DNA of 64,000 nt from contig JAHFTW010000002.1 of assembly GCA_023269235.1 (NCBI GenBank), positions 119,294-183,293 of the forward strand. The letters are read 5' to 3'. Below, one piece after another: positions 9,401 to 18,035 of this stretch. The translations under genes were made by a program, and so were the position numbers. Under the pieces are notes generated by a model that saw only the letters and a program-made list of their open reading frames with translations, did not search any database and had not been told where the DNA came from. How positions within the stretch are numbered: position 1 is the first letter of the stretch; each line of letters starts with the position of its first letter. The DNA is from Thermoplasmata archaeon. GTDB lineage: Archaea > Thermoplasmatota > E2 > JACPAO01 > JAHFTW01.

Positions 9401-9706
9401 CTCGGCGAAGGGGGGAAGATGGAACAGGAGGGCGGGCCAGTAGGTCATCGCCATGCCAAGCAGCATGAGGGGCGGGTAGGCCCACCACTGCGTCGTGGTG
9501 TCGGTGGGCCCGAGGAAAGCGTAGAACGGCTGCTGCGCCGCGATGCCGTACGGGGAATGGCCCTGCAGGAACTGCGTGACCACGGTGCGGAACACGTAGC
9601 CGTCCCAGTCGTGGTCGAGGAGGGCCGCGAGCAGCAGGGCGACCAGGAAGGGCATGCGGGCGTCCCGCAGGCGCACCCTCCAGGCCTCCGGCAGCCGCTC
9701 CAGCAT
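6443..9706 (-). CDS. Fusion of multi-TM GT-C glycosyltransferase (GT87/DUF2029-like) and GH99-like endo-glycosidase
   Basis: N-term DW-D, WAYPP, WKLP, WNPF, WGMTD, LVKPFP, VNEQY; C-term AFTYLWW, PTIGYY, GIDTAVVS, ATFNEFFEGSSIEP; TATA-like CTTATA about 26 nt upstream. Confidence 0.75.
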   Translation of the reverse strand: MLERLPEAWRVRLRDARMPFLVALLLAALLDHDWDGYVFRTVVTQFLQGHSPYGIAAQQPFYAFLGPTDTTTQWWAYPPLMLLGMAMTYWPALLFHLPPFAERVLWKLPMIASLVALAWVAGAWARRFGSDEDEARKVERRFLWNPFLLLVAAAWGMTDVALMALYLGGLLAYGNGKPGKAGVLVGLAFLVKPFPALLVLPMLPYLVRRHGWESAFRFGAAGAGIVAAVSAPFFLSDPGGFWQQVVGMHLARGVQGLTLWQLVPREVLSDGVVKLLSPLLMVASLVAVGYLSTRLRGKGTSLMLTLMAGIAILVWNRVVNEQYLVLLVAPILVLDQLHVLDRLGHFLTRWTPTLFALVIAIGGFHFLTFLPPDVANVVLGGVPVDVAAERLRSLSPDFWWWLQTILVALVSITLFAMAWLALRILSGQRSRSPVGVRHLLPTGVLGLLLIGVGFLPALGGAAAPPAAFIPATAQPLVGAFTYLWWQNPAHDPAVRYGNWEVVSQVPTIGYYTNTRGVARDQVAAMIGAGIDTAVVSYHRGEAERYRTFQDEATKAGLRVAPLIELNQVYDQAEHHPVNELGQLVPASFYRLDNGTRDAISAFVVDLKAQLLQPSALHMGGRPVVFFYDSYVGGVSFHPEDKASLARTLLSLHSLETLRAAFNDSSLQATVPSVLQYYPTTYKSFNDPGANGLWRAAHLVQHVAFWEDLRARLEAAVGTPLFMVNGDALNERADFQAGTVKSLVSLSAFDGSFIYSPSFTWGNQPKAPFNDTFALWEDRNHRLTAFADATGRLSSFGVAPSYDDTVNRPNGFVIPAFPDGPGGASFYSRSWDSTIAHPPTFPVIATFNEFFEGSSIEPSQEYGARFLEQTLAERQALQAAPAPAKNVLFLLHERSSMTDPSVPELGESHFWGIDALAALPRALPQTRVAAADVFGPAVSGAPDLVLIEGGYGPYRAGPAVSAQLTSWSAAKVPVLTFGPDLALPLNAALGDTCLAGLDAVPGPYTLVPGDRLSARAGGLWLERNGATFHVGQSCGAHAATSVKPWVATELSVAGGGRHDTINGQCMAVALKALEPAFAAPDAPSACQP

Positions 9707-9792
9707 CTTGGCCACTTGACCCGACAGCGTGGTATAAGGTTCGTGGGCGCGGCCCTGAACTGATGGAGAGAGACCCCGGGGCGGGGGCGCGC

Positions 9793-10674
9793 TTAGAGGC
9801 GCTGCAGCCAGTCGAGGGCGTGCTGGGCAGCCCCGCCCTGGACCGCCACGACGAGGGCGACCCAGACGGCGCCGTTGAGCAGGGTGGCGCGGTCGCGGAA
9901 GAGCATCTGCGCCTCGTCGCGGCCGTCGCGGCGGTGGACAAGGTGGTTGTAGCGCAGCACGCCGTAGAACGCGAAGGGGAGCGTGAACATCATGGCCGGG
10001 TGGGGGCCGAAGAATGTGTAGAGGCTGTACGCGGCGAGGATGAGGGCCGTGGAGACCTGGAGCGTCTGCTCGACGAAGGCGACCGAGTACTCGGCGAGCA
10101 CGGCGCGATGCTCGGAGCCGGCGCCGACGAGCAGTTCGTGGCGGCGCTTGGCGAGGCCGAGGTGGAAGGCGAACAGGAAGGTGCAGACGATGAGCCACGG
10201 CGACGGCGGGACGGGGAGGACCGTGGTGCCGGCAAGCGCGCGCAGGACGAAGCCGAGCGCGATGGCGAGGAGGTCCCACAGGAAGACCTGCTTGAGGCCG
10301 AGGTTGTAGAGGACCTGGAGGGCGACGTAGGCGAGGCCGAGCGTGAACGTGACCGTGTTGGCGCGCCACAGCAGGGCGAGGCCGCAGGCGAGCAGGACGA
10401 CTGCGAGCAGGAGGGCGGCCGGGACGGAGACGGCGCCGGAGGCGACGGGGCGCGTGCGCTTGGTGGGATGCAGACGGTCCTTGGCGGCGTCGCGGGCGTC
10501 GTTGGCGCAGTACGCCGCAGAGCTGAGCATGATGAACGCGACGACGGCGAGGGCGGCGCGCGGCCAGAGAGTGGTGTTCCCGAGGTTGCCGCTGAACAGC
10601 AGCGGCACGAGCACGATGCCGTTCTTGTACCACTGGCGCGGGCGCAGCAGGGCAAGCAACGGAGGCAGGGTCAC
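9793..10674 (-). CDS. UbiA-family, decaprenyl-phosphate phosphoribosyltransferase-like
   Basis: LRPRQWYKN, NDARDAAKDRLHPTKRTRPVASG, GFVLRALAG, AKRRHEL, YGVLRY. Confidence 0.85.
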   Translation of the reverse strand: MTLPPLLALLRPRQWYKNGIVLVPLLFSGNLGNTTLWPRAALAVVAFIMLSSAAYCANDARDAAKDRLHPTKRTRPVASGAVSVPAALLLAVVLLACGLALLWRANTVTFTLGLAYVALQVLYNLGLKQVFLWDLLAIALGFVLRALAGTTVLPVPPSPWLIVCTFLFAFHLGLAKRRHELLVGAGSEHRAVLAEYSVAFVEQTLQVSTALILAAYSLYTFFGPHPAMMFTLPFAFYGVLRYNHLVHRRDGRDEAQMLFRDRATLLNGAVWVALVVAVQGGAAQHALDWLQRL

Positions 10675-10730
10675 CAACGCGCACAGACCGACGGCTTCCG
10701 GTTCAAGGTTGCGCCTGACCCCGGAGCCGG

Positions 10731-11285
10731 CTAGACTTCCCAGACGTCGGACTTGCGCTTGGCGCCGACGAGGTCGATGGCGCCCGGGGCGGACTCGGCG
10801 GCGTGCGGGTTGCGCCCTCCCCCGAGGCGGCGGGCGGGCTCGGCCTCGACGACCTTGCTAGCCCCCATGTTGTCCACGAGCGCCATCTCGCCCATGAACG
10901 TGAAGCGGATGGACTCCTTGGCAAGGCGGCCAAGGAACAGTTCGCACGCGGAGACGAACGCCTGCGCGTCGAGCTTACGCTGGCCGGGCGCGGCATCGGC
11001 GGGGTAACCGCCCATGTAGATGGTGAGGAAGGCGCGGCCGAGGCGGCGCACGAAGATGAGCGTCGCCGTGCCGCGCCCCAACCGGAGGTGCGTCCCCGAG
11101 CTGTGCAGGACGAAGCCGGTCTCGCCGCCGTCCTGGACCTCCCAGCCGTCGAGCCCCATCTCGCGTGCCTGGAGCGGGCCCCACATCGCCATCGCGGTGT
11201 GCTTGGGCACGGGCGCCTCCCATTTGCTGACGAAGACCCCCGCGTCCAGCACGTCCATGCCAAGGAATGCAAGGCGCGGGGTCAT
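10731..11285 (-). CDS. Hypothetical protein
   Basis: ORF fills the gap in a - strand gene run; no motif recognised. Confidence 0.55.
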   Translation of the reverse strand: MTPRLAFLGMDVLDAGVFVSKWEAPVPKHTAMAMWGPLQAREMGLDGWEVQDGGETGFVLHSSGTHLRLGRGTATLIFVRRLGRAFLTIYMGGYPADAAPGQRKLDAQAFVSACELFLGRLAKESIRFTFMGEMALVDNMGASKVVEAEPARRLGGGRNPHAAESAPGAIDLVGAKRKSDVWEV

Positions 11286-11313
11286 GGCCCTTCTGCTTCG
11301 CGCCGGTGGGAAA

Positions 11314-11895
11314 TCAGGAGGCGGCGATGCGGCGAAGGATGAGGTCCACGGCCGCGGGGAGCCCGTCCACGACGGGGACGTCCCAGCCGCGCTTCGCCAT
11401 CGCGGCCTCGAGCTGGGGCCGGGAATGCGAGGTGGAGAGAAGGATCGCCTTGCAGCCGTAGGCGTGGGCCGCCTCGGCGTCCTTGACGTTGTCGCCCACC
11501 ATGACGGCCCGCTTCGGGTCGGCGCCGAGCGCGCGGCCGCCGTCCTCGAGCATGCCGGGGCGTGGCTTGTGGCGGCGCCCGAAGGGGACGGTGGCGGCCT
11601 CGATGCGGTCCAGGCGGCCGCCCGCGGCGCGCAGCTCCTCCATCATCCAGGCGTGGAGCTCCGCGAGCTTCGTGCGCCGGAGAAGGCCCGTGGCGACGAA
11701 GGGTTGGTTCGTGGCGAGGCACACATTGATGCCGGGTCGGTTGAGGCGCGCGACGGCCTCCTTCGCGCCGGGAAGCCACTCCCATTGGGCGATGCGGGAA
11801 AGGAACAGCACGGGCCTCGTCTTCGCGAGGACGCCGTCGCGGTCAAGGAAGACCGTGAACGACCGGGTGGGGGCGGTGGCCGTCTTGCCGCTCAT
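11314..11895 (-). CDS. HAD-IIIA phosphatase (GmhB/HisB-N-like)
   Basis: FLDRDGVL, ATNQ, HKPRPGML, MVGDN; overlaps mptA stop by 4 bp. Confidence 0.9.
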   Translation of the reverse strand: MSGKTATAPTRSFTVFLDRDGVLAKTRPVLFLSRIAQWEWLPGAKEAVARLNRPGINVCLATNQPFVATGLLRRTKLAELHAWMMEELRAAGGRLDRIEAATVPFGRRHKPRPGMLEDGGRALGADPKRAVMVGDNVKDAEAAHAYGCKAILLSTSHSRPQLEAAMAKRGWDVPVVDGLPAAVDLILRRIAAS

Positions 11896-12818
11896 TCCGC
11901 GGCCCCGAGGGTCGTGTGGCGCTCGGCGTAGGCGTTGTGCTTGTGGATGGACTCCTGCGCCTCGCTGGAGACGAAGACGCTGGCCCCGGCCAGTTTCTTG
12001 TTGCGCTTGGCGAGCAGGTGGATGGCCTCGCGCACGACGTCCTCCACGAAGCGCGGGTTGTCGTGGGCCTGAATGACGAGGGCGCCCTCGTCGCCGCGCT
12101 TGAGAAGCTCGAACGTTGGGGCCGACAGGGCCTCCTCGGCGACCCCGACGAGGTCCGCCGCCTCGACGTCGGCATCGCCCGGCAGGTCGAGCAGGAGGGT
12201 GACGACGTTGCGCTGGTTGTGCGTGATGAACGGGAGGTTCGCCGCCGGCTTGCGGCCCTTCTCCGTCATCTGGTGGCGCGCGGTCTCCATGGCGCACGGG
12301 CAGGCCGACATGCCGACGACTTGGACGCCGACGCGGCGCGTCGTCGTGGGCTTGGCCTTCCCCGTCCCCCGCAGCGCCTCGGCCTCGGTGAGGAGGCGGT
12401 ACACCTCGATCGTGGCCTTGCCGCCGGGGTTGGTGCGGGTGAGGAAGTAGTCGGCCTCCGCCTTGACGTGGGCGTGGCTCGCGTAGTCGTGCCGCTCCAG
12501 AAGCCGGAGGGCGAGGCGGCGGCACAGGTTCTCCAGGCTGGGGGCCTCGGTCGCGACCTCCTCGTCCAGGATGTCCGCGAGCGCCTCGAGGTTGCGGCTC
12601 ATGTGGGTGCCCTTCTGCGTCTTGGGCAGATCCACGAACAGGTCGAAGGTGGCCACGACGCCGGTCGGTTTTTGGCCCGGGCGGTGGACGGTGACGGGTT
12701 TCTTGACGCCGCGCACGCCGACGCGGGTCAGCTTGTAGGGGTGCGGGGAAGCCGCCGCCTGGACGTCGGGCGAAGCCGTTGGCTTCGATCGCGGTGCGGC
12801 CTTCGTTGCCCGGTGCAC
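11892..12818 (-). CDS. mptA: GTP cyclohydrolase IB/IV (FolE2/MptA)
   Basis: PDVQ, KGTHMSR, MSACPCA, THNQR, LKRGDE, PRFVEDVVR, ESIHKHNAYA. Confidence 0.93.
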   Translation of the reverse strand: MHRATKAAPRSKPTASPDVQAAASPHPYKLTRVGVRGVKKPVTVHRPGQKPTGVVATFDLFVDLPKTQKGTHMSRNLEALADILDEEVATEAPSLENLCRRLALRLLERHDYASHAHVKAEADYFLTRTNPGGKATIEVYRLLTEAEALRGTGKAKPTTTRRVGVQVVGMSACPCAMETARHQMTEKGRKPAANLPFITHNQRNVVTLLLDLPGDADVEAADLVGVAEEALSAPTFELLKRGDEGALVIQAHDNPRFVEDVVREAIHLLAKRNKKLAGASVFVSSEAQESIHKHNAYAERHTTLGAAE

Positions 12819-12851
12819 GCGGCGGCCACCGTCGGCCCCGACTTGAAGTTG

Positions 12852-13136
12852 CTACCCGGGCCGCACGCCCAGCAGCCAGGCAAGGACAAGGCCGTTGACC
12901 AGGGCACACAGCACGAACGGCACGAGGAAGGCCGCCTTGCGCGTCTTGTGACGAACGACGAGAAACGCCACGAGTTCGCCGGGCCAGCCGCCAAGCAGCG
13001 CCAAGGCCAGGAGCGCCGCCTCCGGCACGCGGCCTAGGCCCCGTTGGGCCTGGCGCTTGTCGATGGCGGCAATGACGAGGCCGACGAGGCTGGCGGCGAT
13101 CAGCCAGGCGGCCATGGCCAGCCAAGGGGCGTCCAT
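12852..13136 (-). CDS. DUF1294 family membrane protein
   Basis: DKRQA..RVPEAAL..LGGWPG..RHKTRK. Confidence 0.88.
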   Translation of the reverse strand: MDAPWLAMAAWLIAASLVGLVIAAIDKRQAQRGLGRVPEAALLALALLGGWPGELVAFLVVRHKTRKAAFLVPFVLCALVNGLVLAWLLGVRPG

Positions 13137-13186
13137 ACGGGGGGGAGGGCCGGCCGCCTTTTGACCCGGCGGCTCGTGGCCCGGTC

Positions 13187-13711
13187 GTGCTGGAACTGAA
13201 GATCGACGGCTGGCGCAAGGGGCTACGGTTCAGCAGCGCCCACATCACGCCGGAGCACAAGAAGTGCGGCCGCCTGCACGGGCACACCTACGCCATCCAC
13301 TTGCGCATGCAGGGAAAGCAGGACGAGTGGGGCATCGTGCTCGACTTCGGCGTCATCACGGACACCCTCAAGGCCATCGGCGACGAGATCGACCACCTCG
13401 TCCTGGTGCCGACCGAGAGCAACCACTACTCGAACCTCAAGGTGACGAAGAAGGACGTGAAGTTCCGCGTGACCGACCCCTACACGGGCGAGCCGAAGGA
13501 GTTCAGCTTCCCCCGCCAGGACTGCGCCCTGCTCCCGCTCCCCTCGACCACGGCGGAGGACTTGGCGAAGTACGTGTACCGCGAGTTCATGAAACGCACC
13601 AAGTTCACGACGGACACCGCTTTCGTCGAGGTCGGCGTGGACGAGGGCTACGGCAAGGGCGCGTGGTACTCCGACGCGAAGCCTGTGAAGGGCAAATCCA
13701 AGGTGAAGTAG
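13187..13711 (+). CDS. queD: 6-carboxytetrahydropterin synthase
   Basis: [26 protein letters not shown]. Confidence 0.92.
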   Translation: MLELKIDGWRKGLRFSSAHITPEHKKCGRLHGHTYAIHLRMQGKQDEWGIVLDFGVITDTLKAIGDEIDHLVLVPTESNHYSNLKVTKKDVKFRVTDPYTGEPKEFSFPRQDCALLPLPSTTAEDLAKYVYREFMKRTKFTTDTAFVEVGVDEGYGKGAWYSDAKPVKGKSKVK

Positions 13712-14397
13712 TGGCGGGCGCACCCGCCAAACCCCGGGCCGTCGTCCTCCTCAGCGGCGGCCTCGACTCCACGACGGCGGCGGCGTGGGCCCAGAAACGC
13801 GGCTACGAGGTCGTGGCGCTCTCGTTCGACTACGGCCAGCGGCACAAGAAGGAACTCACGCAGGCCAAGGCTGTCGCGAAGGCGTTGGGCATCCGGGACC
13901 ACCGCGTCCTCAAGGTCCCCGTCGGCGACCTGGGCGGCTCCGCCCTCACCGACAGGCGCATCGCGGTCCCCAAGGCCGGCAAACGCATCGGCGCCTCCAT
14001 CCCGTCCACCTACGTCCCCGCCCGCAACACGGTCTTCCTCTCCCTTGCCCTTGGCCTCGCCGAGGTCACTGGCGCGTCGGCCATCGTCATCGGCGCCAAC
14101 GCGCTCGACTACTCCGGCTACCCCGACTGCCGCCCCGAATACCTGCGCGCCTTCGAACGCATGGCCAACCTCGCCACCAAGGCCGGCATCGAGGGCCGAA
14201 AGGTGAAGGTTAAGGCTCCCCTGCTCCGACTCTCCAAGCGGGACATCGTGCAGCTCGCTCTTCGTCTCAAGGCGCCCATCCACCTGTCGTGGAGTTGCTA
14301 CCGCGGTGGCGCCCGTGCGTGCGGGACCTGCGAGTCCTGCGTCCTGCGCGCCAAGGGCTTCGCCGCGGCGGGCGTAACGGACCCGGCGGGCGCCTGA
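13711..14397 (+). CDS. queC: 7-cyano-7-deazaguanine synthase
   Basis: [37 protein letters not shown]. Confidence 0.96.
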   Translation: MAGAPAKPRAVVLLSGGLDSTTAAAWAQKRGYEVVALSFDYGQRHKKELTQAKAVAKALGIRDHRVLKVPVGDLGGSALTDRRIAVPKAGKRIGASIPSTYVPARNTVFLSLALGLAEVTGASAIVIGANALDYSGYPDCRPEYLRAFERMANLATKAGIEGRKVKVKAPLLRLSKRDIVQLALRLKAPIHLSWSCYRGGARACGTCESCVLRAKGFAAAGVTDPAGA

Positions 14398-15234
14398 ATG
14401 CCCATCGACCTCGTCCAGGCTACCAGCATCGTGGTCACCCTGCTCCTGCTGGAGGCTGTCCTCTCCTTCGACAACGCCGCCATCCTCGCGGTCATGTCGC
14501 GCAAGCTCCCGCCCGGGGCAGGGCGCAAGCGGGCGCTCAACTACGGCCTCCTCATCGCCTACGTCCTTCGCATCCTTGCGATCCTTGCCGCGGTCGTGCT
14601 CGCCAGCACGCCATGGTTCCTCACCGTCGGCGGCGCCTACCTCGTCTTCCTGTTCATGAAGCACTTCCTCGGCATGGCGGGCGGGAAACCGCATGCCCAC
14701 GCGACCGCGCCGGACCAGTCGGCGACGAAGGGTTTCCTGGGCCTTTCGCCGCTCCAGTCCGTCGTCCTCCAGATCGGCCTCGTGGACCTCGCCTTCGCGC
14801 TCGACCAGGTCGTCGCCGCCGTCGCGTTCACGAAGAACGTCGAGCCTGTCACGTTCCTGGGCGGCCTTGTGACCTACCAGCAGGCGCTCATCCTGGTCGC
14901 GGCCACCGCGGGACTGGTGAGCCTGCGCGTCCTGGCGCCCTTCATCAGCCGCCTCATGGACTGGCTCCCCATCCTGGAGCATATGGCCTTCGTCGCGGTC
15001 GGCTTCGTCGGCGCGCTTCTCGTGCTGGAGCATCCGCTCGTGGTGCCGCCGCTGCACGTCATCACGGATCCGCTTGAGCCCGTCAAGATCCCCGTCACGC
15101 TGGGGCTCTTCGCCGTCCCCATCTTCATCAAGCTCGTCTTCAAGGTCCCGCGCGGCCGCAGCCACGTCCATGCCGCCTCGGAGAAGGCCATTGACGCCGC
15201 GCAGCCTGGGCCTCACCTCCCCAAGAAGCCTTGA
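14398..15234 (+). CDS. TerC family integral membrane protein
   Basis: LLEAVLSFDNAAILA, DLAFALDQVVAAVA, LEHMAF. Confidence 0.88.
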   Translation: MPIDLVQATSIVVTLLLLEAVLSFDNAAILAVMSRKLPPGAGRKRALNYGLLIAYVLRILAILAAVVLASTPWFLTVGGAYLVFLFMKHFLGMAGGKPHAHATAPDQSATKGFLGLSPLQSVVLQIGLVDLAFALDQVVAAVAFTKNVEPVTFLGGLVTYQQALILVAATAGLVSLRVLAPFISRLMDWLPILEHMAFVAVGFVGALLVLEHPLVVPPLHVITDPLEPVKIPVTLGLFAVPIFIKLVFKVPRGRSHVHAASEKAIDAAQPGPHLPKKP

Positions 15235-15256
15235 ACCGGAACGGACTCGACCCAGC

Positions 15257-15910
15257 GTGCAGGTCACCGAGACGTTCCTCTCCATCCAGGGCGAGGGGCG
15301 GCGCATGGGGCTCCCGACGAGCTTCGTGCGCACCACCGGCTGCCACCTGCGCTGCGTCTGGTGCGACGCGGCCTACGCCTTCCATGGCGGCAAGCCGCAG
15401 ACCGTGGCCCAGCTCGTCGAATGGTGCCGAAGCCAGCCGACGAAGGAGGTCTGTTTCACGGGCGGCGAGCCGCTCTTGCAGAAAGACGCGTGGGCGTTCG
15501 TCGAGGCCCTGCTCGCCGACGGGTTCTCGGTGCTCATCGAGACCTCCGGCAATCTCTCGTTCGCGCACGCCAACACGCTCCCGCCAGAACACCGCGCCCG
15601 CCTGTGCGTGAGCATGGACGTGAAGTGCCCGGGCTCCAAGATGGCGGACAAGAACGACCTCACGCTGCTGGCCGACTTGCGCGCGCCGGACCAGCTCAAA
15701 TTCGTCATCGTGGACCGCGCCGACTACGACTTCTCCGCGCGCGTCGTGCGCGAGCACGGCCCGTTCCCGTGCCCCGTGTACTTCAACCCGGTCGGCGGCA
15801 CGGACGCGAAGGCCATCACGGAATGGCTCCTCGCCGAGACGAAGCCGCTGCCCGTCCACGCGGGGCTCCAAATGCACAAGCTGCTCTGGGGCGACGTGCC
15901 CGGACGCTAG
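15257..15910 (+). CDS. queE: 7-carboxy-7-deazaguanine synthase (radical SAM)
   Basis: SIQGEG, CHLRCVWCD, TGGEPLLQ, IETSG, QMHK. Confidence 0.95.
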   Translation: MQVTETFLSIQGEGRRMGLPTSFVRTTGCHLRCVWCDAAYAFHGGKPQTVAQLVEWCRSQPTKEVCFTGGEPLLQKDAWAFVEALLADGFSVLIETSGNLSFAHANTLPPEHRARLCVSMDVKCPGSKMADKNDLTLLADLRAPDQLKFVIVDRADYDFSARVVREHGPFPCPVYFNPVGGTDAKAITEWLLAETKPLPVHAGLQMHKLLWGDVPGR

Positions 15911-15911
15911 A

Positions 15912-16556
15912 CTACAGTTTCGGCGCGGCCGCCTTGGCGCGCTTGGCCTTGACGACCTCATAGACGACGTAGAGCACAAGCAGCAGGAGAAGTCCCACGC
16001 CGACGAGGTCGAGGTTGCCCTTCAGCGCCGCGACCGCGCCGTCGTTGCCGGCGAACGCGTAGCCGGCGTAGAGCAGGACGCAGTTCCAGAGCGTGGCGCC
16101 TGCGATGCTCGCGAGCAGGAACGGGGCGAGCGGCATGCGCGCGGCGCCGGCAGGGATGCTGCTGACGTGCCGCACGCCGGGGATGAAACGGCACAGGAAC
16201 ACGGCGACGGCGCCGCGGCGCGCGAAGAACTCCTGGGCCTTTGTGATGTGGTGGTCGTGCACCAGCACGTACTTGCCGTAGCGGCGCACGAGCGGCAGGA
16301 GCCCATGCTGGCCAAGCAGGTAGCTCAGGTAGGAGCCGAGGGCAGAGCCGGCGCTCGAGGCGAGGATGGCGCCCGCCCAGCTGAACGTCCCGTCGTGGAC
16401 GAGCACGCCCGCGAACGGCATGACGGCCTCGCTGGGCACGGGGAAGACCATGCTCTCGGCGGCCATCAGGAGCAGCAGGCCAGCGTAGCCGGTCGTCTGG
16501 AGCGTGTGGATGGCGAAGGCGCTGAGCCAGGCAAGGGCGTCGCCGACGAAGGACAC
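15912..16556 (-). CDS. DedA family membrane protein
   Basis: ESMVFPVPSE, RFIPGVRHVSSIPAG. Confidence 0.93.
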   Translation of the reverse strand: MSFVGDALAWLSAFAIHTLQTTGYAGLLLLMAAESMVFPVPSEAVMPFAGVLVHDGTFSWAGAILASSAGSALGSYLSYLLGQHGLLPLVRRYGKYVLVHDHHITKAQEFFARRGAVAVFLCRFIPGVRHVSSIPAGAARMPLAPFLLASIAGATLWNCVLLYAGYAFAGNDGAVAALKGNLDLVGVGLLLLLVLYVVYEVVKAKRAKAAAPKL

Positions 16557-16586
16557 GAACGCCGGAGGCGGAGCGAGGGTTTGAGG

Positions 16587-17147
16587 CTACGCGAACGCGC
16601 GCACGGCGAGCAGGAGTGCGAACGCAAGGAGGCCGTCGGCAGAGAGAAGGCCCACGAGGGGGCCGAACCACGGCCAGCGCGCGGCGCCGTGCGCCATGAG
16701 GAAACTGAATCCGGCCACCCATCCGAAGATGGCGACCAGGAAGCCGACGACGCCCCAGCCTCCCGTGGCGGCCAGGAACGCCGCGCCCACCGAGGGCCAC
16801 CAAGCGTAGAAGAACGGATTGCTCAGCGTGACCGCCCACACCGCGCCCTGCGCGAGCGGCTTCGGCTCCGGCCGAGGACGCACCGTGTCCCAGGCGAGGT
16901 AGAGCATGAGCAGGGCCCCGACGCCCGCGAGGAAAGGCGCCCAGCGCGCGACGTCCAGGACGCGGGGCAGTCCGAACAGCACGAGCAGCATCGCGACGGT
17001 GTCCATGAGGGGCGCCGGGTAGCCCGCGCGGACGCCCGCCCACGCTCCGCCGCGGACCGCTTCGCGCGCGATGAGGGCGTTCACTGGCCCAGGCGGGCCT
17101 GCCAGGCTGAGGCCCAACGCGAGGCCGGCGGCGGCTTCGCCGAGCAT
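16587..17147 (-). CDS. LysE family translocator
   Basis: LSLAGPPGPVN, LSNPFFYAWW. Confidence 0.85.
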   Translation of the reverse strand: MLGEAAAGLALGLSLAGPPGPVNALIAREAVRGGAWAGVRAGYPAPLMDTVAMLLVLFGLPRVLDVARWAPFLAGVGALLMLYLAWDTVRPRPEPKPLAQGAVWAVTLSNPFFYAWWPSVGAAFLAATGGWGVVGFLVAIFGWVAGFSFLMAHGAARWPWFGPLVGLLSADGLLAFALLLAVRAFA

Positions 17148-17701
17148 CAGTAGTGGTAGTCGCGTTCGCCGTCGGGCTCCAGCTCGACGCCGAGGCCGAC
17201 CGCGATGCGGTTAGCGAACGTGAAGTAGCCGACGACCTGGGCGGCCTGGAGGATCTCTTCGTCGCGCAGGCCGTTCTTGCGCAGCGCCTCGACCTGGGGC
17301 TTGACTCCCTTCGCGGGGTGCGCGGCCAAGATGGTGGCGTACTCGACGAGGGCGCGCTCGCGGCCCGTGGTGGCCTTGGCGGGGTCCTTCGCGACCGCCT
17401 CGACCCAGGCGGCGTCCTTGGCGTAGCGGCCAAGGGCGTCCTTGTGGTGGGAGAGGCTGTACGCGTCGCCGTTGGCGGCGGAGACCGTCACCGCGATGAC
17501 CTCGACCTCGCGCCGGCTCAGGCCACCCTTGCTGAAGCAGGTGGCCATGTAGAGGTCGAGGTGGGCGCGCATCGCCTTGGGCTCAAGGCTCTGGGCGCGC
17601 AGGATGTTGCTGACGCGGCCGCGGTTGCGCTGGATCTCGTCGTACAGCTCGAAGAGCTTGCCGTCCGCCTCGTCCTCGTGGATGACGCGAATGTAGGCCA
17701 C
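17147..17701 (-). CDS. AhpD/CMD-like peroxidase-related protein lacking the CxxC
   Basis: LSRREVEVIAVTVSAANGDAYSLSHH, YFTFANRIA. Confidence 0.85.
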   Translation of the reverse strand: MAYIRVIHEDEADGKLFELYDEIQRNRGRVSNILRAQSLEPKAMRAHLDLYMATCFSKGGLSRREVEVIAVTVSAANGDAYSLSHHKDALGRYAKDAAWVEAVAKDPAKATTGRERALVEYATILAAHPAKGVKPQVEALRKNGLRDEEILQAAQVVGYFTFANRIAVGLGVELEPDGERDYHY

Positions 17702-17762
17702 GCCGCTCCGACCTGGGCGGGGGGTGATAAGGCGGGCGGGTCGCGGCGTCGGGCCGGGACGC

Positions 17763-18017
17763 TCAGGCGGCGCGGCGCTTCTGCTGCGTGAAGAGCATCA
17801 TGACGCCGGCGAAGACGAGCGCGATGGGGCCCACCATGGACCAGTTGAACACCCACCACTTCATGTTGTCCCCGAGCCAGGCGACGCCGAGGACGACGAT
17901 GAAGAGGCCCCACCAGTTGATGTTGGCCCAGTCGAAGGCGGGCTTCGCGGAGCCGAGGTAGCGCGGGTCGTTGTCCATGGACCAGAACCCCCTGAGGAGG
18001 AGCATAAGGGTGTCCAT
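17763..18017 (-). CDS. Small membrane protein, hypothetical
   Basis: Two hydrophobic helices, basic C-terminus. Confidence 0.65.
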   Translation of the reverse strand: MDTLMLLLRGFWSMDNDPRYLGSAKPAFDWANINWWGLFIVVLGVAWLGDNMKWWVFNWSMVGPIALVFAGVMMLFTQQKRRAA

Positions 18018-18035
18018 TCGGTTCCGGGGCCGCCG

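Noticed and set aside
9707-10684. N-terminal extension making the GT/GH99 ORF 1413 aa
   Set aside because: Overlaps ubiA in another frame and is Arg/Pro-rich; a TATA-like box supports a start near 9706.
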